Source of the DNA: Marsupella aquatica | Taxonomy: Eukaryota > Plantae > Marchantiophyta | Direction of reading: 5' to 3' | NCBI GenBank assembly: GCA_973895155.1 | Contig: OZ316894.1 | Span: 6,348,234-6,412,233, forward strand | Length of the DNA: 64,000 nucleotides | Shown: positions 48,853 to 60,429 of the stretch, in pieces | Layout of the letters: each line of letters begins with the position of its first letter | Numbering within the stretch: position 1 is the stretch's first letter | Position numbers and translations under genes: made by a program | The notes under the pieces: generated by a model | Seen by the model: the letters and a program-made list of their open reading frames with translations, nothing else | Told to the model about the DNA's origin: nothing | Databases searched by the model: none

Positions 48853-51800
48853 AATGTGCGACCCTCTCAAAATATGTTACCGCGGAGATTGAGAGCAGCA
48901 TATCGGGAAATGGGTATGCCGGAAGAAGGACAAGGCTCTGAGTCACATTCCTCATCAAGTGACAATGGAAGCAACAACCCTGATCGCAATGTACCCAGAA
49001 CATATGAACAGGTTATTGATGACCAAGATAGAGCCATGGATGATTTTATGGTTGATTGGTTTGGTGTTGACGTCCCTGGTGATGATGCTGAGGTGTCTGC
49101 TGATCAAGGAGGTCATGTGCCCCCCAATGATCCACGACCAAGACATACCCCCGAGGGACAGCGCCAATGGGAGGAAGCAGAGGAACATGCCCGAACTCCT
49201 ATCTATGAGGGTGCTCGATTGAGTCATCTTTCGGCTATCTTGGGGTTGATGAATCTACAGGCCAAACACAAGGCAAGCAATGCCTTGTTATCTGATATGT
49301 TTGCACTTTGCCATGACCTTATGTTACCTTCTGGCAATGTGTTTCCAGGAACTTGGAAGGAGGCCAAGCGTGTTCTCTCATCAATTGGCATGGAATATCA
49401 TATCATTCATGCATGTGTGAATGATTGCATGTTATTTCATGGGGCCAATGAGAAGAAGACACAGTGTACTGAATGTCATGAGCCACGGTATGACCCCAAC
49501 ATGATTACAAAGAAGGTGCCAAGAAAAGCTGTTTGTTGGTTTCCCATCATTCCTCGGTTGTTGCACATGTACAGGTGTTCTGATTTGGCAGAGTTGATGG
49601 TATGGCATAAGACTCATCGATCAGAGCCTGGTGTTATGCGGTTGCCAATTGACTCTCCTGCAGTCAAATATATTGAGGAAACATGGCCAGACTTTGCACA
49701 TGATCCTCGTCATGTGAGGTTGGGATTGGCATCTGATGGGGTTAGTCCTCATGCCCTTGTAGGCAAGGGAAGACCTACATCAGTTTGGCCTGTGGTTGTG
49801 ATGAATTACAACCTTCCACCATGGCTATCCATGAAGAAGGGGTTCCTCTTGCTGTCTTTGATTATTCCAGGTCCAAAAAAGGTGAAGAACTTTGACACTT
49901 ATTTGGCACTATTGATCGGAGAACTCCAAAAACTGTGGGGTGGAGTGTGGGCATATGATGGCAGGAAAAATACAGGAGGCATTCCACGTGTATTTAAATT
50001 GAGAGGGGTAGTTTGTTGGACAATGCATGACTATCCTGGTAAGATGACTTTTTGACCATATGCCACCCTTCTTTGATATGCTCTTTAATATACTTGTTTG
50101 TCATGTGACAATCCTAACATTTAGTCTGGTTTTATTTTTGGTGTAACCAGGGTTTGGCTTTGTCTCTGGATTGCAAACTCAGGGGTACAAAGTTTGCTCC
50201 ACCTGTGGTCCACAATTGCAAGATATGGCAATTTGGTCCCCATGGCTTAGGAAGATTGTTTACATTGGGCATACAAAGTTTCTTCCGATGGGGCATGAGA
50301 TGAGGTCTGACCCACTTTTATTTTCCTCCTTTGACATGCCCCTTGGTGATATGCAGGAAATTCCGGAACCAACAACTTTTGGGCATTGGAAGTCACTAGC
50401 TGATAGGGTGGCAGACCCTGATGATCCCCTCACCTTTGATGGTACTGGGTTGACGAGGTCCAGGAGTATACTAGCCAGTTTGCCCTATTGGTCAGAGTTG
50501 AAGATCCGCCATCTTTTAGACCCCATGCACATAGAGGGAAATGTGGGGAAGGCGTTGATAGCTCATTTTTATGGGGAGAAGGACACTAACTTCAGGGAGG
50601 CATGTGAAGAGTTGGAAATGCATCCAGATGTATGGGTACAAGTTGATCCTGCCACAGGTTTGGAACATCGTCCTTCTGCTCCTTGGGTGCTTAGTGTTGG
50701 CCAAAGACGTGAATTCCGGAATCGTATAGGGGAGATGCGGTTTCCTACAGGCTATGGTGCCAATTTGAGGAAAGCTTTTGGGATGGAGGACAATCACAAA
50801 TGGCCACGGTATCTCAAGACACATGACTATCACCGCTTATTGCAGCATATATTGCCAGTGGCAATTATAGGGTTGGGGACCAAAGAAGTGCAAGATGCCA
50901 TTTGGTCATTGGGTCGTTTGTTGAGATGGATATGCTCAAAGGAGATATATGTGGAAGAGATTCCTGGAATGGAGGTATTGGCTGCTGAGGTGGTTTGCAA
51001 GTTGGAGAAGGCCCTCCCTCCTTCCTTCTTTGATTGTCAGGTTCATTTACTTGTGCATCTTGTGAGGGAGGTTGCCATTGCTGGTCTAGTTCATTGTCGA
51101 TGGATGTACTGGCTTGAGCATTACATGTCAGTCTTGAAGGCTTATGTACGTAACCGTGCACGAGTGGAGGGAAGCATAGCTACAGGATACTTGGCTACAG
51201 AGAGCATGTTTTATTGTAGTAACATCTTGGCCACCATTGATCGGACTTTACCACGTACTTGGATGGAGGAGAGGCAAGAGGAGGAGGACCGTTTAACAGG
51301 AGCAACAAAAACATGCATGCTTACATCAACAGAGTGGACACAGTTGAATACATTCATGTTGAGTAATAGCAATGTCATGGATGAATGGAGGGAGTTTTAT
51401 GACAATGCCAAAAGAATGAGTCAAAGGGCAAGGATTTTTCCTAAGTTGCATGAGTTTATGAAGGAAAATTTGGTTGAGTTGGATGGGCATTTTGGCACAA
51501 GGAGGAGATGTCTCACAGTTTCCTACTATGACAAATGACATTCGGACCATTGTTCATGGCCCTTTGAGAGTGGTAACATCCAAGACGGCCATGTGGACCC
51601 AAGGGAGACACTTCAGCTTTCACTAGTTCCTAACCTTGTTTTCCATATTCATGTACTACTACTTAAGATATAGTAATCATTTTACTTAAGATAAGTGTGT
51701 TTTTCTCTTTTGGTATGAAAGGTTCCTCATAACATGATTAGTGTTTTTTGTGTAGTAGTAACAATATATGGGTCTTGTTAATTCAGGATTTCTTCCCTTG

Positions 51801-52273
51801 ATGAGAAGAGGGCTCGTACTTTTGATTGTGGAGTTCAAGGGCAGTTTTGTCAGGACTCCCGGAGTAGCCGACATGACAGGAACATTGTTCGTGATGTTGT
51901 GCCACACTATGGGAAGATAGAGGAGATTTTGGTGGTCTCATATGACAACCAATCTAAGTTTGAGGAGTATGTCTTCAAGTGCAAGTGGTTCAAAGTGAAC
52001 CTTGTTGGTAATAATCGCACTGTACTCCAAGATGAGAGTGGGTTTACACGGTTGAGGACAAGTGCCACTAGTTTTCAAGCATCTCATTGGCAAACGTTAG
52101 AGCCATTTACTTTCCCATCTCACTTGGAGCAATGTTTCTACGTTCCATACCCCTTAGACCCAGAGTGGTCACTTGTCATCACATATGTGCCACGGTCTCG
52201 TTCCATTGTTTCAGACAAGCCAGACACTATTTTTGTGTCAGATGTAGAGGACATTGAAGGTGACCAAGTGTGA
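48853..52273 (+). pseudogene. CACTA-2 transposase TnpD (intron 50039-50150; frameshift near 51490)
   Basis: IHACVNDCMLF, FPIIPRL, RHVRLGLASDG, NYNLPPW, HDYPG, LDPMHIEGN, LKTHDYH, FFDCQVHLLVHL, YGKIEEI, FKCKWF, EPFTFPS..EQCFY. Confidence 0.95.
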
Positions 52274-53409
52274 GAGACACTTATGGATATTTAAACCAAA
52301 AATCTATATCATGGATTGTTCATGTTGTTTCTTAATTAATATTTCATACACCATTAGTGTGGTAGGTATTTTCATTTTGGACTCCTACTTTCAAAAGAGG
52401 TCATGCATATAAGTGACATGGGTACTCCCTCCCTTATCCCTCCTCCCTCTTTGAACCCAAACTCTCCTTCCTCTTCCAAAAACTCCATAGCTTTTTCTCC
52501 TCCCTCCCTCTTCGCTAAAGTCTCTCCTATTTTTAGTAAACCCTCTTTGGACTCCCTTCTTCCTCCATCCCTCATCCACCTTCCAACTCCCTTCCTCCCT
52601 CTTTCACCTTTCACCTCCCTCCCTCCTCCTCCCCCATTCAAACTCTAACCTAGATGCACACACAATTCTAACATAAACGTTTGCGAACTGTTTGCGAAAC
52701 TAAACAAATCCCAACCAAATCGCAATTCTGCCATTTAAACCGTTTCTCAATTATTCCATACTATACGCTTCACTATTTTGCGATATCCAGACCATCCCAC
52801 CTTTACCATCCACATCGTTTCGCACATTTGCCATACAAACCCATCGCAAATTGTTTGAAGCTAACCTTTTCGCAAACATCCTCCAATACTAATTGTTTCG
52901 CATCATATATTAATGTTACCGTGGTTTCGGACTTTCAGAGCGGTCGCGGAGCCTTCGTAATGTGTTTTGTAATCTCTGTAGTTTTGCAAACTATTGTGAT
53001 ACAATAAAGTTTGCAAAATGTTTGCGATGCAAATCGCATGGAAGACCAAAGTTGCGATACCACAAGTATCACAAATTGCGATGCGTATTGAGTCATCAAC
53101 GGTTTGAAGCATCTGGAATCGCAAACGTGTGTCCGGACTCAAATGAGCTTCACAAAATGGCAAAATATGTTGTAGTGAGTGTACCCCAATTAAGCTCAAG
53201 TGTACTTGTGCAGCAATTTCAGATTTGTCTTAGAATATAATCTAAGGCCAAGATCCTAGTCGACACTGCAAAGCGCGGGTCTCATTCAGGTATTATTGAT
53301 ATGAAAACATCTCTATGTTTTTTTTGCCTTCATATTTATTGCATTGATCTTACATATTTAATTCCCACAATGGCACATAAAAGGTTATTTTTGTATGGGT
53401 GATGGACAG

Positions 53410-54654
53410 ATGTCTTCTTCCGAGAGTTCAGAGTCAGATTCTGACTCAACCTCTTCATCTTCTGAGGGGGACATTCCTCCCCCCCTCCGAGGCTTCAATG
53501 TCCTCCTCCTCTAGGACCTATTCCATGTTGGTGTGTCCGATGTAAAGGCATGGTGGTTTGTCAAGCCTGGGAAGCCATTGAGCATATTGAGAACTATGGC
53601 AGACACGAGGGCAATTTACCAGTATATTCTACTCGCGAGGTATGCACAATTAATTGCTCTTGGAGACATTGACATGTACAATTTGCCACATTTCACCCAT
53701 ACATTTATTAATTGTTGGTTTTTTTGTGATTGAATAGGTGCCTCATAGGACCCCTCCTCCATTGGTCTCTAATGACTTATGGGTAAATACGCTTTTGGCT
53801 GGTGCAAGAGAGTTGCTTGCATCATCATCAGCTCCCTCTCCATCTAGCCCCCCCGTGTTCAGCCAGAGAGTGTAGCAGTTCCATCTAGGGTTGGACGCAC
53901 CCAAGCACGTTCCCAGAGACAACATTGCCGTTATGAACCCTTGCCAGGCACTCATGAGACCGAGGAGCAAGTTGTAGACCGTACTCTTAGAGTGCCACCA
54001 GGAGAGGACTATGTGGAAGTGGAAGGGAGGTTGGGGTTGTCATATGTCACCGAGAAGGCATTGATAGTGTTGAAGGATTTCTCGTCTGAGAGATTCAAAA
54101 TACCCCCTGGCCTAACCACTGATACCCCTATCCACATATGGGGTCACCAATGGATAGTGAAGGCGTCTTCCCTTGGCCCTGACATAGGATTTGGGGTGTT
54201 TGCCTTGGAGGACATTGTGGTCCCGCCCAAGCCGTGGCCCCGAGGTTATGATGGTGAGCACCTATTTCCATACATTGGTCCTGTGTATACTTCAAAAGGT
54301 TGGAACATTCTATTGCGCCAACACCCATCGTGGGGTGTCTATGCATTGCAAATGGATTCTGATCTAGATGAGCTCATACGGAGGCCTTGGCATTCTCGGA
54401 TGATTGATGGCGACCCTGTTCGCTCCGATAATATAGCTGGGTACATCAATAGTACTCGTGGTAGAGGGAGAGGACTTAGGCCTAATGTAGACTGGATTCA
54501 GATATTTGGTCCACCTAGAGAGCCTTACTATGTAAAACATATGGATGATCATGTCATGACTGTAGCCATTACAACCATTAGGGCTGGCCAGGAGTTGTTT
54601 TGTGACTATGAGTGGGATAGGCCCAAGAAAGCATTGCTTTCTCGACGCATGTAG
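53410..54654 (+). pseudogene. Second Zn-finger plus SET gene (CACTA-3); SET domain open, upstream part frameshifted
   Basis: Exon 1 MSSSESS...CWCVRC...IEHIENYGRH, donor 53640, acceptor 53737. SET: VKASSLG..IGFGVFALEDI, FPYIG, YAL, IDGD...NIAGYINS, PNVDW, VAITTIRAGQELFCDY. Confidence 0.85.
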
Positions 54655-54887
54655 GGCAGACATATATGTATATACCACCTTTTTGTTTAACATAAAATAC
54701 ATGATACAGGTTTTCAAACTAAATTGGTTAGTTGTGTAAGTCAATCTTTGATCAAGGTTTGAAAGTATACTAGTAGAATGTGTAAAGAGAATTGTAATTT
54801 TGCGGGGAAACCAAAAAGCCTATACCTTTAAACACTTGTCTCATTGTGGCCCTTCTAATATAATATGTATGTTCGTGAAATGTTAGA

Positions 54888-55674
54888 ATGCATATGTTCA
54901 ACCAGATATGGGGGTATTATCACGAGCAATGCGGCAACACCTTGTTGAGGCCATGGGTGATTGGCGTAGGGCTCAAGCATCAGAGAATGAAGATGCCCCT
55001 CCTGAGCATGTGTCGATCTAATGCCACCGAAGATAGACTTGAGGAGGAGAGGGCCATGCATGATCTTATGCACCAGTTCTATGATGTGGAGGATGGTGAC
55101 CATGATATGGGTGATGCATTTGACACCAATGCACATCCTCATGGTGACAATCCTTCACAAGGTTCTTCCTCTAGACAATGGGAGGAAGCTCGTGACCATG
55201 CGCAAACACAAATTTTTGAGGGGTCACAACTATCTCGGCTCTCAGGAATAATGTTATTGTTGAACTTGCAGCAAAGACATGGAGCAAGCAATCTCCTTCT
55301 TGATGATCTCTTCAGGACCTTGCATAGTCATATTTTGCCAGAAGGGAACTACTTGCCTAGTTCATGGAAAGCGGCAAAAAAGGTGTTGAAATCCATAGGC
55401 CTCAAATACGAAGTCATACATGCTTGTGTGAATGATTGTGTTCTGTTCAGGGGGGAACACAAAGATGCCACTACATGTCCTACATGTGACCACCTGAGGT
55501 ATCGAGAGGACATGCTGACTGGAAAAGTAGCACAGAGGTTCATGAGGTATTTTCCTCTTATCCCCAGATTACGGCACCAGTACCGATGTGCAGAGTTGGC
55601 TGAGTATATGGTGTGGCATTCCAAGAACCGGTCAGATATGAGTTCAGATCGGCCAACCATGCGTATGATGGTGG
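54888..55674 (+). pseudogene. CACTA-3 TnpD, 5' part (interrupted by the Sola-like element)
   Basis: QWEEARDHAQTQIFEGSQLSRL, IHACVNDCVLF, YFPLIPRL; homologous to 48856-50055. Confidence 0.9.
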
Positions 55675-56211
55675 AACAAGAAGCCTTAAATGATGAGTAA
55701 CAAGCCCATACTTTAGGAACTCTAGCCAAAAAATCAGAAAAACAACGAAAAAGTAAAAAAAAATGCAAAAATTAGCACCTATTTTAGAGCAAAAATATGG
55801 AGCGAACAAAATATGACATAAACTAGCTATGTTTTGACACCTAAAAATGACCAAATTCATCTGAAGTTACATTCCACCAATAAATGATCTCAAATACAAC
55901 ACTATTATCTACAATGGTCTCACAATTACACGAGGTGTCTTTTGAAACAACAACTCAATCACCTCCAAAAGCCATTGTCATTTAAAAACCAGAAAATAAA
56001 TTACTACAACTTAACCTGATACACATTATTGTGAAAAGAAGACAAGGAGAATAGAAATGACACCATCTAATTGAATTGAAACACAACCCACTAAGATAAT
56101 ATTAAACTACAAATTTCTCAAGAAACTTTAACCATGAATTCATGAATAAGTGGTAAAGGCAAGTTATCCATGTTTTTCAATGGTAATGTCACAAACAATA
56201 ACTACTTTTCA

Positions 56212-59200
56212 TTACTCAGATCCAGAAGTCCTCAATTCTTGAAACGAAATATCCCTAGATTTATCTCCTAGCGGGGTTCTAGTTGATCCATTCTCTTGTT
56301 CTTGCTCTTTCTCTTCTGCCAAAAATTCAGTCAATCGGATTTTGATTCGATCTACTGTCTTTTTGTACAATGTATCAGATTTTGTCAACATGAAGTTGTA
56401 AGCAAAAACAGTCGTTGAAGATAAATCAAGCTCTTGGTGAAACCATATTGGTTTCAAAGTTCCTTTCCCACGACCACTTTTCTTCTTTTCGTAGTTTAAG
56501 ACTTCTGGTAAGTACTTGGCTTTCCAAGGATCTGACCCGGTTTTTGTAGCATGCCATAAAACATAAATCATTTTTGGAATGTTGAACTCATCGCGCTGGT
56601 CAATTCTTTCCACCTTGGCCACCCAAAATGTTTCCGATTCTTCTCCAGCAACAGAAATATAAGTGTTGACTTCAAGATCCGAAAAGTCTCCTTCCATATT
56701 CTCCTTCTCTGCATCTATCTTTCCTTGATTCCGATAAGGACCCACGTATATATCTCTGGTAGGTCCGTATACTCTCTCTTCAATTTCCTCTTCATTGACA
56801 AGGACTCTGGGAACTTCAGCAGCAACAGCAATCTCCCTTTGGGAGCGTGGCCATTGAAAAGGGAAAATCAATGGTCTTTGATCAAGGAGCAAATATTTAT
56901 TCAATTCCCGTTGCTCTTCAAAAAACATTCTCCACCAGTTCACTTCCTCCTCTGAGAATAAAGTTTCAACTGCAAGTATTCCCTTTTGAATCTCATTTAA
57001 CGAATCATCCATCTCCTTCAAAGTCATTCTTGAAGAACTAGACATATTTGGTTGAGTCCTTGTAACGTTCTTATCCCCCTTTTTGAAAAGGGGTAATCCG
57101 GGAGCACAACCCATCACCTTTTCTGGCTCCTCTTCCCTCAAAAATTTCACGCCTCCGTCAGGTTTCCAAGTTGAGTCCGTGGAAAACTTCTTCCCCCATT
57201 GGGTTGGAACTTGATTTTCCAACTTGTCAAATGCAAATTTGTACTGGTGGTGGAAGGTAACATTTCAAATCCTTTCAATGACTAAAGGTGGATTTGAGAA
57301 GGCATATTGACGGAAATCATATGTTTCCTTTAAAAGAGTGATATTTGGTTGGGGTTGATATGATTCACAAATAATATCACATAGGCTTTCGTATGTGAAT
57401 GCCTTAAACCTTGCTAGTCGTTTAGAAAATCGACTGAACATTTGATCTATTTGGTCGTGTGTGTGTCCAACCAACAAAAATCCTAGTTTGATTTTCCGAA
57501 AAACCTTTCTTCGAATCAACATATGAAGATAGGCAAAGAGTAAATTATTTTTATTTTCTCTACTGGTATTATCAAGTTGAAGATAGAGAACAGGCGGCAA
57601 GCCACCAGGCTTTTCTTCCCATTCGTGAAACACCCTTTGCAGGATTGTGACTGTCAAGTTTCCATCATTATGCAATACAGGATAATTAAGAAACACTCTT
57701 GAAAATAGTGCACCATTGAAAACCAGGCATCCGACAACGTGCATTTAGATCAAACATGTTTCGTCCACCGATTTTGGGGGCCGCGGCCAATGAGGCAACC
57801 TTGTCTTCTTCTGATCCATCCCATCAATGACAACTCCCAAATATTTATCAGAATTTGAAAAACATTTCTTACGATGCTTCGCGAGTTTCTCACGTTCTTT
57901 GGATTGTTGGTCTCTATGTTTTTGTAACATAATTTCCCCTCGCCCTGGAAAAACAACTTGTTAGTTTCTTAAAAAAAAATTAGAAATCATGTGTTAAGCC
58001 ATATTCTTGAAACAAAAACTTGTCAAACTTGTAAGTAACTTACTCTTTTCGGTCTCCGAGACAGCTTTGTCCCGAATTGATTTGAACTCCTCGCAATCCG
58101 CGCAAGCACTGAATCGATTGACTGGAGGAATCTTCACATGACCAAATTCTTGAACCCAAACTTTCAAGAATTGTCGATAGGATATTTTTGAAGATTCATC
58201 AATCTTGGCATAGTTGGAGTCGTAGATCTTCCATACCTCCAGCTTTGAATAATTATCCGGTAAATGTGAAACTTCTTTATTTGGCAATGTTTCCACGCGT
58301 GTCTCAAAAAACGACCTAAGCCAACTGACCAAGACTAATCTTTTAACAGATGGAGGGCGTCCAACTGGTTTAGAATATCCTAAGTCTTGGTTGTCTAATT
58401 TCAAAATTCTATTTAATCTATGATTGCCAACGCAAAATATAAGCTTGAAAGCTTTCCGACAAATACTCTTTTGACCAAACGTGTAAGATATAGTCTGCCT
58501 CCCTCCTTCATTTCCATCTCGCTTTATAAGCCACTGCAAAGATAAAGATCGATCCTGAGATTTCTGCCTCAAAAATTTAGAACGCGCCTCACGAATTTCT
58601 TTTGGAGATAGACTTAGGAGACAATGACTCTGACAACAGTACTTACTATTTGTTTTCTTGATATCCTCCTCTTTCAACTTTGTTTCACACAAAGTGGCGT
58701 TGCTCGTACGTTTGTAACGACTAGATGCCACCGGAACATCATCATCCTCCCCACTCTCCGAAGACTCGCTTTCATTCGATGATGAAATGGTCACCAACAT
58801 TTGCTTCTGAACATGCCTAGATTCCAGACCTGCAGCCTTCGGAGATGGAGGCTCTTCCTTCACTCTATGCACCCTTGGAATACCTGGGCGTATTTCAGAA
58901 ATCCCTCCATTACCGTGTAGGGACCCTTTCAATATTTTCCTAGGGTCCCTCTCCACCAGGTTGGTTTCCCTGTTTGAGTTTCCGTGACTTGATCCGCTCC
59001 CTGCCCCAACACCATGACTCCTAGGTAAAACTGAGGAACGCACATTAGAATTCTTTTCTGGAATACTTTTCAATAACACTGGTCGTCTAGTTTCTTCCCT
59101 CATCCCCCTGTGAAATGTTTCCGACGGTGGCTTACCAAAGGTTTTACTTTTTGGCATTTGCTTCAGCCGCTGAACACTTTGGAGACTGCAAAAATCTCTG

Positions 59201-59610
59201 TCATTTTCCCCACTTAGTGCCTTCTTCGTCTTTCCAAATCCAGTCTTCATGAATTCATGAGACCGTTTCCCAGACATCCAAATAGGCATTGAACCTTCCA
59301 GATTACTCCCCAATTTGTCCTTTGTTGGTGACAAAAGAGATACAACTTGACGTCCAGGGGGACCAATACTCTCCAAGGAGTTAGAGGAGCTCCCTGACCT
59401 CTCTTTACCACCGACCAATGATTTCTTCCCACTAATTGCAAGTCGTAAAGGACTACGTTTTAACTTGCTCATAGGGGTGGGGGGTGGCATATCTAAAACA
59501 GTAGTTATTCCAGGGATATCTGGGCCAACCACTGTGCAGGGGCCATCCGGCAATGAAACATCATCAGAAACTCCATCTGAATAATCATCTGATTCGTAAC
59601 ACGCCGCCAT
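56212..59610 (-). pseudogene. Sola-type (DUF7869-like) transposase; intron 58043-57945; two premature stops
   Basis: CCQSHCL, ICRKAF...F.V, F..CADC, VIDGMDQ, LYLQLDNTSRENKN, FLLVGHTHDQIDQMFS. Pieces 57745-57944, 57265-57744 and 56212-57264 are in frame across TAA (57745) and TGA (57265). Confidence 0.85.
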
Positions 59611-60155
59611 TGGAAAAACTAGTGCAAATTGACAAGAAACTCAGAAAATCAGTAAAATCTAACAAATCTTCTCAAAATAATGACCAAGAGTCATGAATAA
59701 ACGAGCCTATTTATAGTTTTTCACGGATTCTTGGGACTTTTTAACTTCAAAAATATCAAATATTCATGAAATTTGCAAGCTTTTTCCCGTTAATACCCCG
59801 AAATATTCATGAATAATTGGCCCAAAAACATTGATTTATCATGATTCTGGGTTAATTTTACTAAGTCGCGCCTGATCCGTGATTAGTATGTATAACCAAG
59901 GAACACGGGGCAGCCCATTCATTTTCACTCAATGTCATTTGGATTTCCTTTGTAAAAGAGTGAAAAACAATCTCGCTATCCAATTTTGTGCCATTTTCAG
60001 CACTCATCGGCGACGTGTCGCGAGTTGTCGCGGTCGCACTTCATTTCGACCTTGGTTTAGGTAGTAATTTAGGCCCTGGGTGATTTCTTCACGTCACCCC
60101 CCTCCGAACCCTATTTTAAATACCCTTCTGCATCACCGAGGTGTACAAGCAAAGA

Positions 60156-60273
60156 GAGAGGAGACTCCCTTCATGAATTCATGAAGGTCGGAGCGAGAGG
60201 GAGACTCCCTTCATGAATTCATGAAGGTCGGAGCGAGAGGGAGACTCCCTTCATGAATTCATGATAGGAGTCC
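60156..60273. repeat. Three 40-bp tandem units containing palindromes
   Basis: Unit agagggagactcccttcatgaattcatgaaggtcggagcg contains AGGGAG-A-CTCCCT and the perfect 20-bp palindrome CCTTCATGAATTCATGAAGG. Confidence 0.92.
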
Positions 60274-60429
60274 TGGGGTGGCCGAGAGCGTTGTTAGATC
60301 CGTAAGGACACGGTTTTAGTAGCCATTTGTTGGCACATTCCTTGGTTCTGTGGCACTTTGTCTCGCAGGTTGGGGTTGAAGTGGACTGATTTTGTGGTAT
60401 GTTCTCAGGTTTGAAGATCAGGCAAAAAC

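Larger units (their letters stand above)
43498..53177 (+). mobile_element. CACTA element CACTA-2 (9.7 kb), SET-carrying
   Basis: 10-bp TIRs CACTACAACA and TGTTGTAGTG; flanks GGT/AGT (3-bp TSD with one change); dense TCGCA/TGCGA subterminal repeats at both ends; internal TnpD. Confidence 0.9.

Noticed and set aside
60156-60273. Palindromic 40-bp repeats as a CRISPR array
   Set aside because: The units are contiguous and identical with no unique spacers, there are no cas genes, and the context is eukaryotic.
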